Shown: one piece after another, positions 1 to 11,290 of the stretch
Position numbering within the stretch: position 1 is the stretch's first letter
Layout of the letters: every line of letters begins with the position of its first letter
The notes under the pieces: generated by a model
The model's input: only the letters and a program-made list of their open reading frames with translations
Databases searched by the model: none
What the model was told of the DNA's origin: nothing
Position numbers and translations under genes: made by a program
Source of the DNA: Takakia lepidozioides
Taxonomy: Eukaryota; Plantae; Bryophyta
Assembly: GCA_030704615.1 (NCBI GenBank)
Contig: CM060732.1
Span: 69,068,001-69,132,000 of the forward strand
Length of the DNA stretch: 64,000 bases
Direction of reading: 5' to 3'

Positions 1-2797
1 ACAAAGATGAGAGAGAGGCCATTTTGTTGTTGCCCTCTGTCCACGGATCATTCCTTCTATGTTCTTCCATTTCTACACCCTGGCCATTGCCTTCCAAGTG
101 CATGGAAACTGCGTTTATCAGTACTTCTAGGTGATCTTTTGGAACTGTAGTGGTCTTCTCCAACAACCACTGCTCACAAACTTCTCGTAGTCCAGTTGAT
201 GCTTCTCTGGACAGAGAATACAAGCCTGCAAGCATCGGCTCTTCAATTGTACAAAGCCACTGAGTGTATATCCAGGGAGTCGATGTCCTTTCCACTTGAG
301 GCCAGTCCAAGCAACCTGCCCTGTCCCACATCGAGGATCGATTCTTACTGATAGAGGCCTGCGCTGCCAACATGACATGCAAAGGAGGGCGACAACTCAT
401 CAAGGGAAAAGATACAAGTAGTCGCTGGGTGTCAACTAGACCACCAGATGGCAAAGAAAGACAGGAAGAGAGGCTGCTGATGTGACCATGCAAGCTGGTG
501 AGCAACAGACTTGGGCAATGAAGACCAAAGCCCTCTGGAGCGTCAAGCCCTACTCGCACATCAATGATGAGAAAGCAACTGCCTCCATACACTCCCTGCT
601 GCACAAGATTGGCTTGAAGCCACAGTGCCTTATTAGTTAGATCTGTCTTACAGCACCCTTGTTCCTCATGGATTTCGTCGCCGATTAAGTTGTCACTCTG
701 GCCCCCATGATTTCGAAAATTGATGTCCTGCATCAAGGAGCAGGCAGATCTCACCATCTCCATCTTGTCTGTCCTCTGGCAATGCACTACCTGGAGTGCT
801 TCAACTCCAGCTTGCAGGCGTGCCTGAAGTGCCTTTGAAAATGCTGCCATGTTGTTACTCTTGAGTTGTTCACATGCATTTGACATTGAGATTTGAAGAT
901 GGGATATATGAATACAGTCCACAAAGGAATCTGTTGGATTAGCATTGTGTAACAGCAACACCAGCTGGTCGCACCCACTCCTTACAATATCGCCTAGCAC
1001 TGCCTGCAACAGATCAAAGCATACAATCATGTACATCATGTCAACAATCGAAGGAGAAAGATAGGTTCAGTTTGTGCTTCAGACCAACAATTCAGAGGGG
1101 GAGAGGAGAGGGGGGGCGGGGGGCGTAGGTGGGGGTGGATTATAGTAAGTGGGAGCATGACATGAGACACAGCTCACTAAGTCCAGGCCTCAATAGCAAC
1201 TTGCCTGCTGCCAACGCAAAGGAACGAAGCTGATCCAGCAAATCGTCATGGAAATCTTTGAGGGTTTCTTCAATTTTAATTTTAACAACCACTGAATACA
1301 TTAAGTCTGAAAGCCCGTGGGTAGAGGACCCACCATGCTGTCATGAAGTGCAAGTTACACCTCAAATTGCACGAGGCAGCAAGGGTACATCAAGCATTTC
1401 AGTCTCTAGCTGCCGACAATTTTTCTACCTGTTGTACTCTCGTCCAGGAGTGAACTTCACGATGAGACTCCGCACAGAGGGCAATGATCTTCTGTTCCAT
1501 TCCATGCAGGGAGACCACCAAAACGGCCCTACCCCTCTCCTTCACAGCAAATTGCACCAAGAAGGGTGAATCTTCTAGTTTGATTTCAGTGACCACTCGA
1601 TTGCAAGTGCAGCATAGGAGTTTTCCATCGCCCAGCCCATATACTACATTGTACGCCAACCGGATAGCTGAGGGCACGTAAGCCACACAGGTTACCAGAC
1701 ATGGATCTATACCTGCAGGAAAACCAGCATTGGAAAGTACTGGGGCGGAGGTTTCATTACCAGTGCCTGATGGAAGAGGAATGCTTAGGAGTTCACTTTG
1801 TCTGCACAGTCGTGATTAGTGGATGTGTCAGCAAGTAACATGTAGATGTTGAACGAAATCTCAAAAGAAATAAGTATGTGAATGACCTATTGGCATTGCC
1901 GCAATTCTAATATTGAAGATCTCAACTCCGTGCTCCTGTTAAACTTCTCAACCTGAGCGAAGTGGTTAGAATTACAGGAAGATCCACCCAAGGTTGAACG
2001 GAGGGTTTTGTGAGGGGCTTTGGTGGAGAACAGAGAGAGGATACAAGGAGAGTCGGGGTCAAGGCATGGGGAAAGACTCGATTGACCTTGGAAAAACTAA
2101 CAAAGAAATGAAATGGGCCAAGGAAAAAGAGCGAAAGAGAGGAGATGGAGTAACCGGGGCTGAAGGGGAGACGGGGGGCGATGGGAATAAACCTTGGGAT
2201 AACTGAAGAAGAAGGCGCCTGTGATGTGCCAACAAGAGCACTTGGAACACACAGAAGAACACGGTCCCCACAGAAATGAACTCTCTGAGTGTTACAGCAC
2301 AACACATGAGCATTCCACTGCGGATGGCCACTTGACCCATTGATGCCCACTGCGGACGCCACAACTACGTGCCCTCGGCACACAGCCACTACAGTTGGCC
2401 CATTGGAAACCCAGCATTCTTGGACCAGGGTCACTGGCTCTGATGGGCTGTCTCCATCGTCTCCCAAATCACAGTCCGCCAAGCGCACCTCCCCCACTGA
2501 CTGAAACGATTCATTCTTGAGATCCAGGCGACCAACCAGGAGAGAATTATTTGTGGCCAGAACCAGATATGTATCATAAAGCCCAGTTTCGTAGCATGCT
2601 ACATAGCCTACTGCTGCAAGGTGTTCCTCATTGGAGAGAGGGACGTGCAGTGGACGAAGCGGGCGGAAAAGTTTCTCAGATTCTTCCCAGCGTGCAGATA
2701 GAAGAGTGATGGAGGGAGGGGAGAGACAGCTCCGGGCTACTGTGAAGGTAGATCCCCAAACAAAGGCCTTGCTAGGGCCTACAAGTTGGGAAGCCAT
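1..2797 (-). CDS. FANCB-like protein (Fanconi anemia core complex subunit B-like); multi-exon, 3' end runs off the window
   Basis: Probable ATG at 2797 (MASQLVGP). GT-AG exons 1712-1429 and 1003-1, the latter open to the window edge. Spliced product reads SWTRVQQ|AVLGDIVRSGCDQLVLL then ALQARLQAGVEALQ...KMEMVRSAC. These and the N-terminal ACYETGLYDTYLVL and VSNGPTVV resemble, in the same order, FANCB segments recalled from memory (DFRTGINLPYIVI, VLNGPLIL, DDFIGSGTEQVLLL plus coiled coil). Confidence 0.55.
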
Positions 2798-3259
2798 CGC
2801 CAGAACAGCAGTGACTGCACCGGAAGCAGGCCTACATGCAGCACACCACCCCACATGTGATAACAACGGATCCTCTACCGAAAAGCAGACTGCTTGGAAG
2901 TGGGTTGCAGCACATATTCATTTTAGATATGGTGCCCCCACTTCCATCTCCTGTTTTTGCTTGAAGGAATTTGTTCCTTGCTCCCACAAGAACCCAATAG
3001 ATTCATCACTTTCAATATCATAACGGACATATTTTGCAGATGAACATATGGATCCTGTATCCTCTCACAGTGCATGGTGCTTTACAGGATCAACCTATCA
3101 GTGTTGTAGATGGGTTTCAACTATCAACCCATGATATCAACCCTTGGTATGATAAATTCAACCCGGGTGTATGCAGACTTGCAGAGTTTCAATACCCGGC
3201 TAGATGAGGAACCTACAATGCTAGTATTGATCACCAGCAATGGAAATGGCATGTGCTGC

Positions 3260-3363
3260 TTCACTAGTGGTTGCCAGTTGTTGGATGTCGTAGAAGGTGT
3301 CCCCATTCACTAGTGGTTGCCAGTTGTTGGTGTCATAAAAGGTGTCCCCCTTCACTAGTGGTT
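3260..3363. repeat. Tandem repeat, 45-46 bp unit, about 2.3 copies
   Basis: TTCACTAGTGGTT starts at 3260, 3306 and 3351; the first two copies continue GCCAGTTGTTGG...GGTGTCCCC. Confidence 0.85.
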
Positions 3364-3368
3364 ACGTA

Positions 3369-3751
3369 GAGCATCCCCACCCTAACACTGAACCGAGCAC
3401 GCCAACGGAATATGAGGGTATGGTGGGCGGGGAATGTCCCCACCCATGCATTGAACCCTATATTCCATGAAAAGCGGGCACTGAATATTGTTCCGTGCAT
3501 TGAACCCGGCGCTCGGGTTCAGTGCACAGAATACGCCCCTGAATCCAAGTCAACGTGACCAAGCGCGTGCCTGTCAACATCTTGGCGGAGACCTCGCCCC
3601 TTCAGACCAATGGGAGGCGAGGTTCGTGGGGATAGCATGGGCAATTCAGGGACAAGGGGTGTGCCTGCCACGCCACAGAACCCAGCCTTGAATCGATGAC
3701 ACTATCTTTGGCGTTAAAGGGAGTCTTTCGGGCTCAAGGGTGGGGATGCTC
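3369..3751. mobile_element. Tourist/PIF-Harbinger-like MITE
   Basis: Perfect 16-bp inverted repeat AGAGCATCCCCACCCT (3368-3383) / AGGGTGGGGATGCTCT (3737-3752). GAGCATC..CA termini with GTA/TTA flanks. Internal hairpin at about 3497-3527; no coding capacity. Confidence 0.7.
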
Positions 3752-3967
3752 TTAAAGCATGACCAACAGTGGCGTGGTAAACAGACACGCCAACGGCATT
3801 ATACTAGCCCATTTTTGGTCCGGAGCACGTATAGTAGCAGCGTGGCAGCTAGTGTGAAGGCCAGCAGCATGGCAGCCTCCCACGGCAACCCCCCTTCTCG
3901 CTGGCGCACGACTGAGATGTGCGCTAGGCTGAGATGCATATGTTGACTTGTGGGCCCTGCCACCTAC

Positions 3968-4640
3968 GAGGTTGGGTAGCGGGTGAGCACGCTAACAGCG
4001 AGCAGAAGACAAAATGCCCGAATATTCATGAATATTCTCAAAAAGATGTTGCGACGAAACTAAAATTGGAAATTTGTGCTCACGGGGACCAAATTGTGCG
4101 CACGTGAGCAAACTTGTGCTCACGTGAGCACACGCCACACGTAGATGGATTAGTCACCCTATTTCCGTGGATTAGTCACCCTATCACCAAACACAATACA
4201 TATTGTTTCGCCCACGAAACCATATGATAATAGCGATACTTGGAAATTTCGCAGCAAAATCCATTACTCCGCTGGCAAACTCCACTATTTCGCTGGAGAA
4301 ACCCGATACCTTGATTTATTTCGTTAACGAAACCCGTTGTTGCCTCATTATATTAAATTGTTCAACTATTGTTTGGTATATGTGTGTTTTGGATGGTATT
4401 GGTTATTGTGACTTTGTTTTTCTCTAACTTGTTCTTCTTTTGTAGCATACCAAAGTTGTAGATATATGGAACTTGGAGCTTGTAGATTACATTATGGGTG
4501 TCTATTTCGTATTAGGGTTTTGGGATTTTACTCCGTTCTGAAAACATATAGCTCCGTTTAAAAACATAAAACCCCCATGACCGTGGGTTTGTGCTCACGT
4601 CATTTGTGCTCACCGGTGTGCTCACGTTCTACCAACCCCC
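3968..4640. mobile_element. Non-autonomous DNA transposon (MULE- or hAT-like)
   Basis: 8-bp direct repeat CCACCTAC at 3960-3967 and 4641-4648. Imperfect 23-bp TIRs (17/23 identical). Clustered GTGCTCAC/GTGAGCAC subterminal motifs at both ends. Confidence 0.6.
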
Positions 4641-4975
4641 CCACCTACCTCGCCACATGCAATTAGTCCTACACGGACTATTTTTTGTAAGCCTAAAAGT
4701 GGTTCAAAGATTTGTAGATTTTTTGAAATGTCATAAATTTTGTAAGAGGTGGTCATAGAGTGCCAAAGATGTGTCCAAGTTGTTTTGAAGTGTAGAAAGA
4801 GTCGTCTCTACGTAGCAAATATATCAAGAAGGAAATTTACGTGGCAAATGGAATGGGAATAGTGGAAGTGAGGATGTTCCGCTGATAAATGGAATGGGTA
4901 TAAAGCCTTGTGCCATATCCGACCTTTAATTAATCCCTCAAGGCCCGTGGAGCCCAAAGGGGTCGCGGTTAGTTT

Positions 4976-5155
4976 TTGAAGGCCCATTTTGAGTCAAAAG
5001 AAAACAACATTCGAAGTGGATTTCGAGGTGCGGGCATTTATCCTCTAAACAAGCAGACTATGGATGGTCACTTAGCTCCCACCGAGGTATATATTCAAAG
5101 CGAGGAAGGGGGCATTGTGAACTCACAAACCACATTGGAAGGGCCTGGTGGGAGC
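4976..5155 (+). pseudogene. pogo/Fot1-like DDE transposase C-terminal remnant, interrupted by an LTR
   Basis: Peptide ENNIRSGFRGAGIYPLN matches the NIxSGFxxxGIxPLN motif of pogo-type transposases. An LTR (TGTCACGG) starts at 5156. Confidence 0.5.
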
Positions 5156-5795
5156 TGTCACGGACATAGCCCAGAGGAAGTTACCAGGAATAAATACCAG
5201 AAGTTCTCAAGTTACCATGTTACCAAAAGTTATCATGACTTATCGTGACTTACCGTGATTTATCATGATCTACCATGATTTACCATTACTTACCAAGTTA
5301 CCGGGAGTTTACCAAATTACCAAGAGTAACTTGGGAAACTACTCAGGAAGCTTCATTTGGAGGAAACTTCTCCATCAAGATACCTCCTTTGCTTAAGGAA
5401 GCTTCTCCATCAAAAAAACTTTCGTTTAATCTTGGAAACTTCTCCAGCAAGAAACCTCCATAGGATAAGCTTCTTATGGAAGCTTCTTAGTAGCCAGTAT
5501 ATAAAAGAGGCGAGACTGGACACTCTTCAGTCTCGCCAACACAAATTCAAGCTACTCTTATTCCAAGTCCAGTATCCAGTCCAGTTTCCAGTATCTGGTA
5601 TTCCAGTCCAGTTTCCAGCATTCCAGTATCCGAGTCGAGTTCCAGTATTTTGTACTCTTGTCCATTGTTATAAAGATCATCTTGATTCATGTTCACCTAC
5701 TATGCATTCGGCCACGCCGACCTTGACTTCTTGTCTAGTCTTGTACCTCTAGTCTGATTTCTTGTTTGTGTTCTGTCATGTTCTCATCCTTGACA
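5156..5795 (+). repeat. 5' LTR (640 bp) of the Tf1/Tcn1-like element
   Basis: Termini TGTCACGGA and TCCTTGACA form an 8/9 inverted repeat. TATATAAAA at 5498-5506; internal TTACC and TCCAGT short repeats; Gag ATG at 5834. The partner LTR is not in the window. Confidence 0.75.
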
Positions 5796-5797
5796 GT

Positions 5798-5808
5798 TTG
5801 GCGAGACT
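5798..5808 (+). promoter_or_regulatory. Self-priming primer binding site
   Basis: TTGGCGAGACT begins 2 nt after the LTR end. It is the exact reverse complement of AGTCTCGCCAA (5529-5539), which starts 31 nt downstream of the first T of the TATA box. Confidence 0.72.
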
Positions 5809-5833
5809 AAAGTTTGTTCTTTAGTTAGTTAAG

Positions 5834-6857
5834 ATGGAAGACACATTTGCGGAAATGGTCACCACATTGCAGAGTCTTCAGCTCCAGATGCAAGAACTTC
5901 GTACATCTACCGCCCAAGTGCAAGCTGATCAATCTCAAGATCTTGGCAACGCTCTCCACAATTTGCAACAACAAATTTCAGAGTTAAAGGAGTCGAACAA
6001 TGGATCTTCAACCATACGAGTCCCTACTGCAACAGCTTTTACTGCAACGGTTCATCTTCAACAGATTACGAGAGAACCAAAGATTAGCATGCCCGAGAAA
6101 TTTGAGGGGACGAGATCAAGATTTCGCGGTTTTGTTCAACAAGTACGACTGTTCCTACGACTACATCCACAACGCTATCCCGATGGAGGTATTCAAGTGG
6201 GATTCGTGGACACCCTTCTGTTAGGCACTGCCCTATCTTGGTTTGCACCACTATTAGAAAAAAATTCGCATTTACTATACAATTTTGAAGCATTCATGTC
6301 CGAGTTCACTGCAACGTTTGGAAAAAATGATAAAGAGAGAGTTGTAGAAATAAAGATGCGAAATCTTCGACAAGGAGCACGTCCTGCTTCCGTTTATGCT
6401 GCCACAACTTGCGTGCGACCTCGACTGGAATGAGAAGAGCCTCATTAGTCAGTTTCGATGTGGATTAAAAAATGATGTAAAAGATTTGTTGCTGACAATG
6501 AGCACACTGAGTGAATTCATCACCCAAGTCATTGCATGCGATAATCGTTTGTTCGAAAGACGTCAAGAGAAGCGATTTGGATGGTCTACGACGCATCATG
6601 TCACTGCTACTACGACACCAAACACAACGATTCATCAGACATTCAGTAGTGATCATATGCAGATTGATGTTGTCCGATTCAAGCCATTGACGCTACAAGA
6701 AAAACAAAGACGGTGCTTGAATGGATTATGCCTCTATTGCGGAGAAGAAGATCACATAGCATTAAACTGCCCCAACAAGAAAAGATTCAAAGCTTGGGAC
6801 ACAACTCAAGTGTTCGATACGAGGAGGTCGGAAAACGAAAATGTCCAGTCACAGTAG
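5834..6857 (+). pseudogene. gag: Gag of the Tf1/Tcn1-like element (frameshifted near 6405)
   Basis: ORFs 5834-6433 and 6396-6857 join into one Gag (GARPASVYAA / QLACDLDWNE...QFRCGLK) ending in a zinc knuckle. The protease ORF 6713-7258 is in the -1 frame. Confidence 0.85.
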
Positions 6858-9800
6858 GGACCATGCGGCTAGACACCACAAATTTATTATCGAAAAAAAA
6901 TCTTTTTCTATCTCCAGACCCTGCACCTTACTTCACAGTTCCGGTAAAAAACAGAGTGCAAAATCGAGATATCACTGTAGAAGCATTTTTGGACTCAGGA
7001 GCGTCAGCTTGTTTTATGGACAAAAACTTTGCGAAGCAAAATGATTTAACGCTCGTAAAGAAGAAACTATCGGCCCCCGTTGAAGTCCTCGATGGACAAC
7101 CATTAGCATCAGGAAATGTGGACCATGAAACTCGACCACTTGAAGTGAAGCTTGAAGATCAAGCATCACATATTGTTTTTAATGTCATCCAGTCTCCAAC
7201 AAATCTTATGGTCCTTGGACTTCCCTGGTTCGTACTTCACAATCCCGACATCGACTGACGATCGCGAAAATTTTCTGCAAGACAAAAATGTAGAAATATC
7301 AAAGGTATTCAACCCCTATTCCTTGGAGCTAGAGCTTTCATGAGAGCTACCAAAAAGGAGGCGGCATTTGCACTTTATGCGACTCCGATCAAGACCACAA
7401 CAGACAAATGTACTTCAACATTACCCGCTCAATATCAAGATTTCAAATATGTCTTCGAGAATAAAAATGCAGACATATTGCCAGAACATCGACCTTATGA
7501 CTGTGCAATTGAGTTACAAGAAGGAGCCCAACCACCATTCGGCCCAATCTATAACTTATCCCAGACGGAGTTGGCTGCATTACGTGAATACATTGATGAA
7601 AATTATGGAGGAGATGTATGGAGCTACCAAGGGGCCACGAAGGTACTCTGGGGCGGTGGGCACCATCGAGTTGGATGATTTTATCCAAGAGTTTGATAGT
7701 TGGTGTGATTTGCAGCAAATGCGCAATCCACAACTATTTACGCCTTTCATGGCATGGAATGGGCTGTTTCAGCACCTTGAGGGGCCGCCTATGGATGATT
7801 ACCATGAGTTCAGGCGGGGGCATGAGGTTGAGATCGAGGAGTGGAGGATGTACTGGTCACCCGACTATGTCTCCATCACTAGGGGCACTAGAGCCACGAG
7901 GGCAGTGGCTACACCTGCCGCTGCACCGGCAGCTTCAGCAAGTAGCAGTGGGACTGGTGGTACAGTAGCTACGATGTCCACCCAAGCCACTACCGCACCA
8001 GCACTAGCACCCGTGCCTGCCTTCAACCCTGTTGTGGAGTTCTTCGAAGAGTTGAGAGGGAACTACCAAGGGGTGAGGACAGAGAAGTTACGGAGCTTGC
8101 AAGAGTTCCAACGGAAGCCGACCGAGAGCTTGAGGGAGGCTTTCACACGCATGAGGCGCTTGATAAATGTAACCCAAGGGGTTATGGAAGCTCAGGCAGT
8201 CCAATTCTGGTATGGGATATTGGACAAGGAGCTCAGGAGAAGGGTGCGGGATACAACTCTCCTACAAGCGGCCCAACCCACCTTAGCAAATGTATTTTTG
8301 CTGGCAGAGCGGATAGAGCTCAACATGGTGGAGGAACGAGTGGTCATGGTGGGATTTGCTAAGGAGACACCACGGGGTAGTGGTGCTCCTAACCAACCAC
8401 TACCCCAACCTGCTCAAGGCAACAAGGGGGCTCAGGTGAAGCTCAGGGAAGGGTAGAGAGGACCTCAGATGCAGGGATCTCTCCCTTCATTTGTTGGCCA
8501 ACAACGGGCGGATGTGGTGTGCTGGACATGTGGAGGACCCCATGTCAAGAAGGATTGCCCAGAGGGAGGCAAAGGGTCGGCACATGCATAGCCTGCACAG
8601 TTGCAGTGTGGGCATTGTGGCAAGCACGGGCATGGAGAGGCCCAATGTTATGGTTTGCATCCTGAGTTGCGCCCAGGCCAGTTCCAAGGGAACAATGGTG
8701 GCCGGGGGCGAGGTAGAGCAGCCCAGAGAGGACGAGGTGGCCAGCCACGAGGCCAAGGGCAAGCTCAACGTGGCCAAGGACGCGGAGGTCAGGGTGTTGA
8801 CCAAGGCATGGCCAATCGGCTTCAGCAGCTAAAGCAGAGGCTCGCTGCCATGGCTACAGCTTAGGTGGTACCGGCTCTAAGGCCGGATGGTCCACCTCCT
8901 GCTCCTGAGGGAGGAGATATGGGAGGCATGGGATTCATGTGTGGGGCAGCACTACCACTAGTGCAGGTGGAGTCTGCTGCAGCCGTGACTCGAGGAGCAG
9001 CACGAGTTCCTGAGCCACGAGGTGCAGAGGTGGAGTTGGATCCACAGCGTGGGGAGGCAAGCCGTCAGGCTAGGCTTCCTCAGTCATTCACATTGGCGGA
9101 GACAGTGTCGACGCCATCCATGGCACCTAGTTCTCGCTCGACTGTTACCGAGGCGGAGGTTACTATGCCATTGGGGAGAGCTACACGGGTAGCACCACTA
9201 CCTAGTGTTGCCAAGGCTACGGCAGCTATTGTGCTGCTAGGAGCGGCCACATCTGTGTGCCAGGCTCCATTGTTCTCGGCTACCATGATTGCAACGCCGG
9301 GGGTAAGACCAGCTGAGGTGTTCAGGCTGGCAGCTACACTCTGTGAGGGTGGGGAGGTTACTTCATCTTCTGCGGAGATAGTGGGAGGTGTAGTGCCGGA
9401 GGGATCCTCGGATTTGAGGGTCAAGACTGCCACGGCGGCGCCATGGCAAGCTGCAGCTGCCAGGTTGTTGGAGCTGCCAGCTAGGCCAGCCATTGAGCGC
9501 GCCATGGTGACACCTGGAGTTGTCATGTTAGACAACCAGGATGACATTTTCTGTTTGAGTGGACCGGCAGGCGAGAGGTACCGGCAACTGCGGGTCTTGT
9601 TGGACTCGGGAGCTCAGCCACTGATGCTGGGCAGAGCTGCTATTGCAGGCTTAGGCCTCACGGAGGCGGATATGGAGCCTTGTCCTTTCCAGATACAGAC
9701 GTCTCTGGGAGGATCGGAGCAAGCTCGGGGCATGACACGGCGTGAGTTGGCTATCAGACTACGGCCGGATCACCCTACAGATGGCTCAGTGATGCGAGCC

Positions 9801-10313
9801 AAGGCCATTGTGACAGACGCGGTCTCATACGATGTCCTGGTTGGTGGGGCAGTGTTGTACCCCATGGGCTTCACCCTGGATTTTTGGGAGGAGTCAGCTT
9901 CCTATAGGCCTGCATGGCAGTCAGGGGAGGGCCGGCGTGTGCAGCTCCCTGTGACGTTCATAGGAGGAGTTGCGGTTGCCCAGCGAGGCAAGATGCCGAC
10001 ACTAGCAGCATTCACAACGGCAGTGAGTTGGCCTAGAGAGTTGCTTGAGGGCAATGCTCATTCAGAGGATGTACCACCTCCGGGAGAGCAGGATGACATG
10101 TATGGTATGGCGGAGTTGCATACCATGGTTGCTCAGACTCCATTGTGGGGCACGAGCAAGGATTTGCAGCGGGATGCTGATCGACGGGTGCAACAAGCCT
10201 GGGTGGAGGCTTTTGTACCGTCAGGAGAGGAGGAGAGTGTGGGGATTGCACCAGGACCACCTCAATTGTCTCCATTGGACACCACACCTATTGTGTGGCA
10301 GTATCCGGATGAA

Positions 10314-11290
10314 GGTATTTGTCTTCTGGACTTGTTTGGCGGGATCAGCACCGGATTGGCTGTTGTGTTACAAGCAGGTGTACGAGTTCGGCGTTACCTG
10401 TATGTGGAGAGGGATGAGACTGCACGACGCGTTTCACTTCGCCATGTTGCTCAGTTGGTGCAGCGGTACCCTAAGTTGTTGTCGGTGTCTGCAATTCGTG
10501 GATATCAGCAGGCCTTGCCAGCAGACATTTCGTTGCTGGGGGCGCAGGATTTGGAGCGGGTTGGCTCCATTGATCTGGTAGTGGCAGGTTGGCCCTGCCA
10601 AGGGCATTCATCAGCCGGGCATGGCAATGGATTGCGAGACTCGAGGTCGGGTCTGTTTTGGGAGCTGGTGCGGGTTTTGCGCCACTTGCAGCTTCATCAA
10701 GCTGTATCTCCAGCATACATCTTGGAGAATGTGCCACTGATGGGCGATTCTCGGGCCAGGGTGATGGCTAGTGTGCATCAAGTCCGGTCGTGGCTTGGAT
10801 CAGCAGTGTTACTAGATGCAGCTACAGTGGGGTCACGGGCTCATCGTCCACGGCTATGGTGGACTAACTTGATGCCACCCGCACTGCTCAAGCGTGCATT
10901 TGATGGGGTGCAGCGGCCAGCACATCTCACAGTGGATAACATTCTGGACACAGGGAGGCAGTCTCAGCGTGTGAGACACGATGACCGTTTGCCTTTGGCA
11001 GTGGTCAACAAGGTGGGTCAACCATGAGCAGCATTACCTACACTGCTCAGCTTCCCAGGATCGCATGCTTTCCGGGATAGTGGACCTGGCCTCCTGTGGG
11101 ATGCTCAGTTGCAGCAGTTAGTGGAGCCTAATGCTGACGAGCGTGAGCGGGCAATGGGTTTTACCCCTGGTACCACGGCGGTGTCGTCTCTTTCTGAGGC
11201 ATCACGTCGTCAAGTGTTGGGGCAAGCAATGGATCTCAATTGCTTGACCTGGATTATCAGCTTGGCTCTGGCTGAGCAACGCAGAGTGCG
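10314..11290 (+). other. C5 cytosine methyltransferase domain (DNMT3-like, unpermuted) within pol
   Basis: Motif I LDLFGGISTG (F at 10335), II YVERD, III ADI, IV DLVVAGWPCQG (catalytic Cys at 10596), V RSGLFWE, VI ILENV (E at 10725), VIII AHRPRLWWTNL, IX ERERAMGF, X RRQVLGQAM. One TGA at 11025. Confidence 0.92.

Larger units (their letters stand above)
5156..7604 (+). mobile_element. 3'-truncated Ty3/gypsy element of Tf1/Tcn1 (chromovirus-like) type
   Basis: 5' LTR, then Gag capsid (PEKFEGTRSRFRGF...GTALSWF), CCHC knuckle CLYCGEEDHIALNC, protease AFLDSGA, and RT N-terminus PEHRPYDCAIELQEGAQPPFGPIYNLSQTELAALREYIDEN, which ends abruptly at about 7603. Confidence 0.88.

Noticed and set aside
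7340-7678. ORFs 7340-7678 and the first 79 codons of 7368-8456 as real proteins
   Set aside because: They are chimeric read-throughs across the junction of two different elements at about 7604.
10314-11290. Host DRM/CMT gene or bacterial restriction-modification methylase
   Set aside because: Motif order is unpermuted; no UBA, BAH or chromo domains, introns or partner endonuclease; the domain is in frame within pol.
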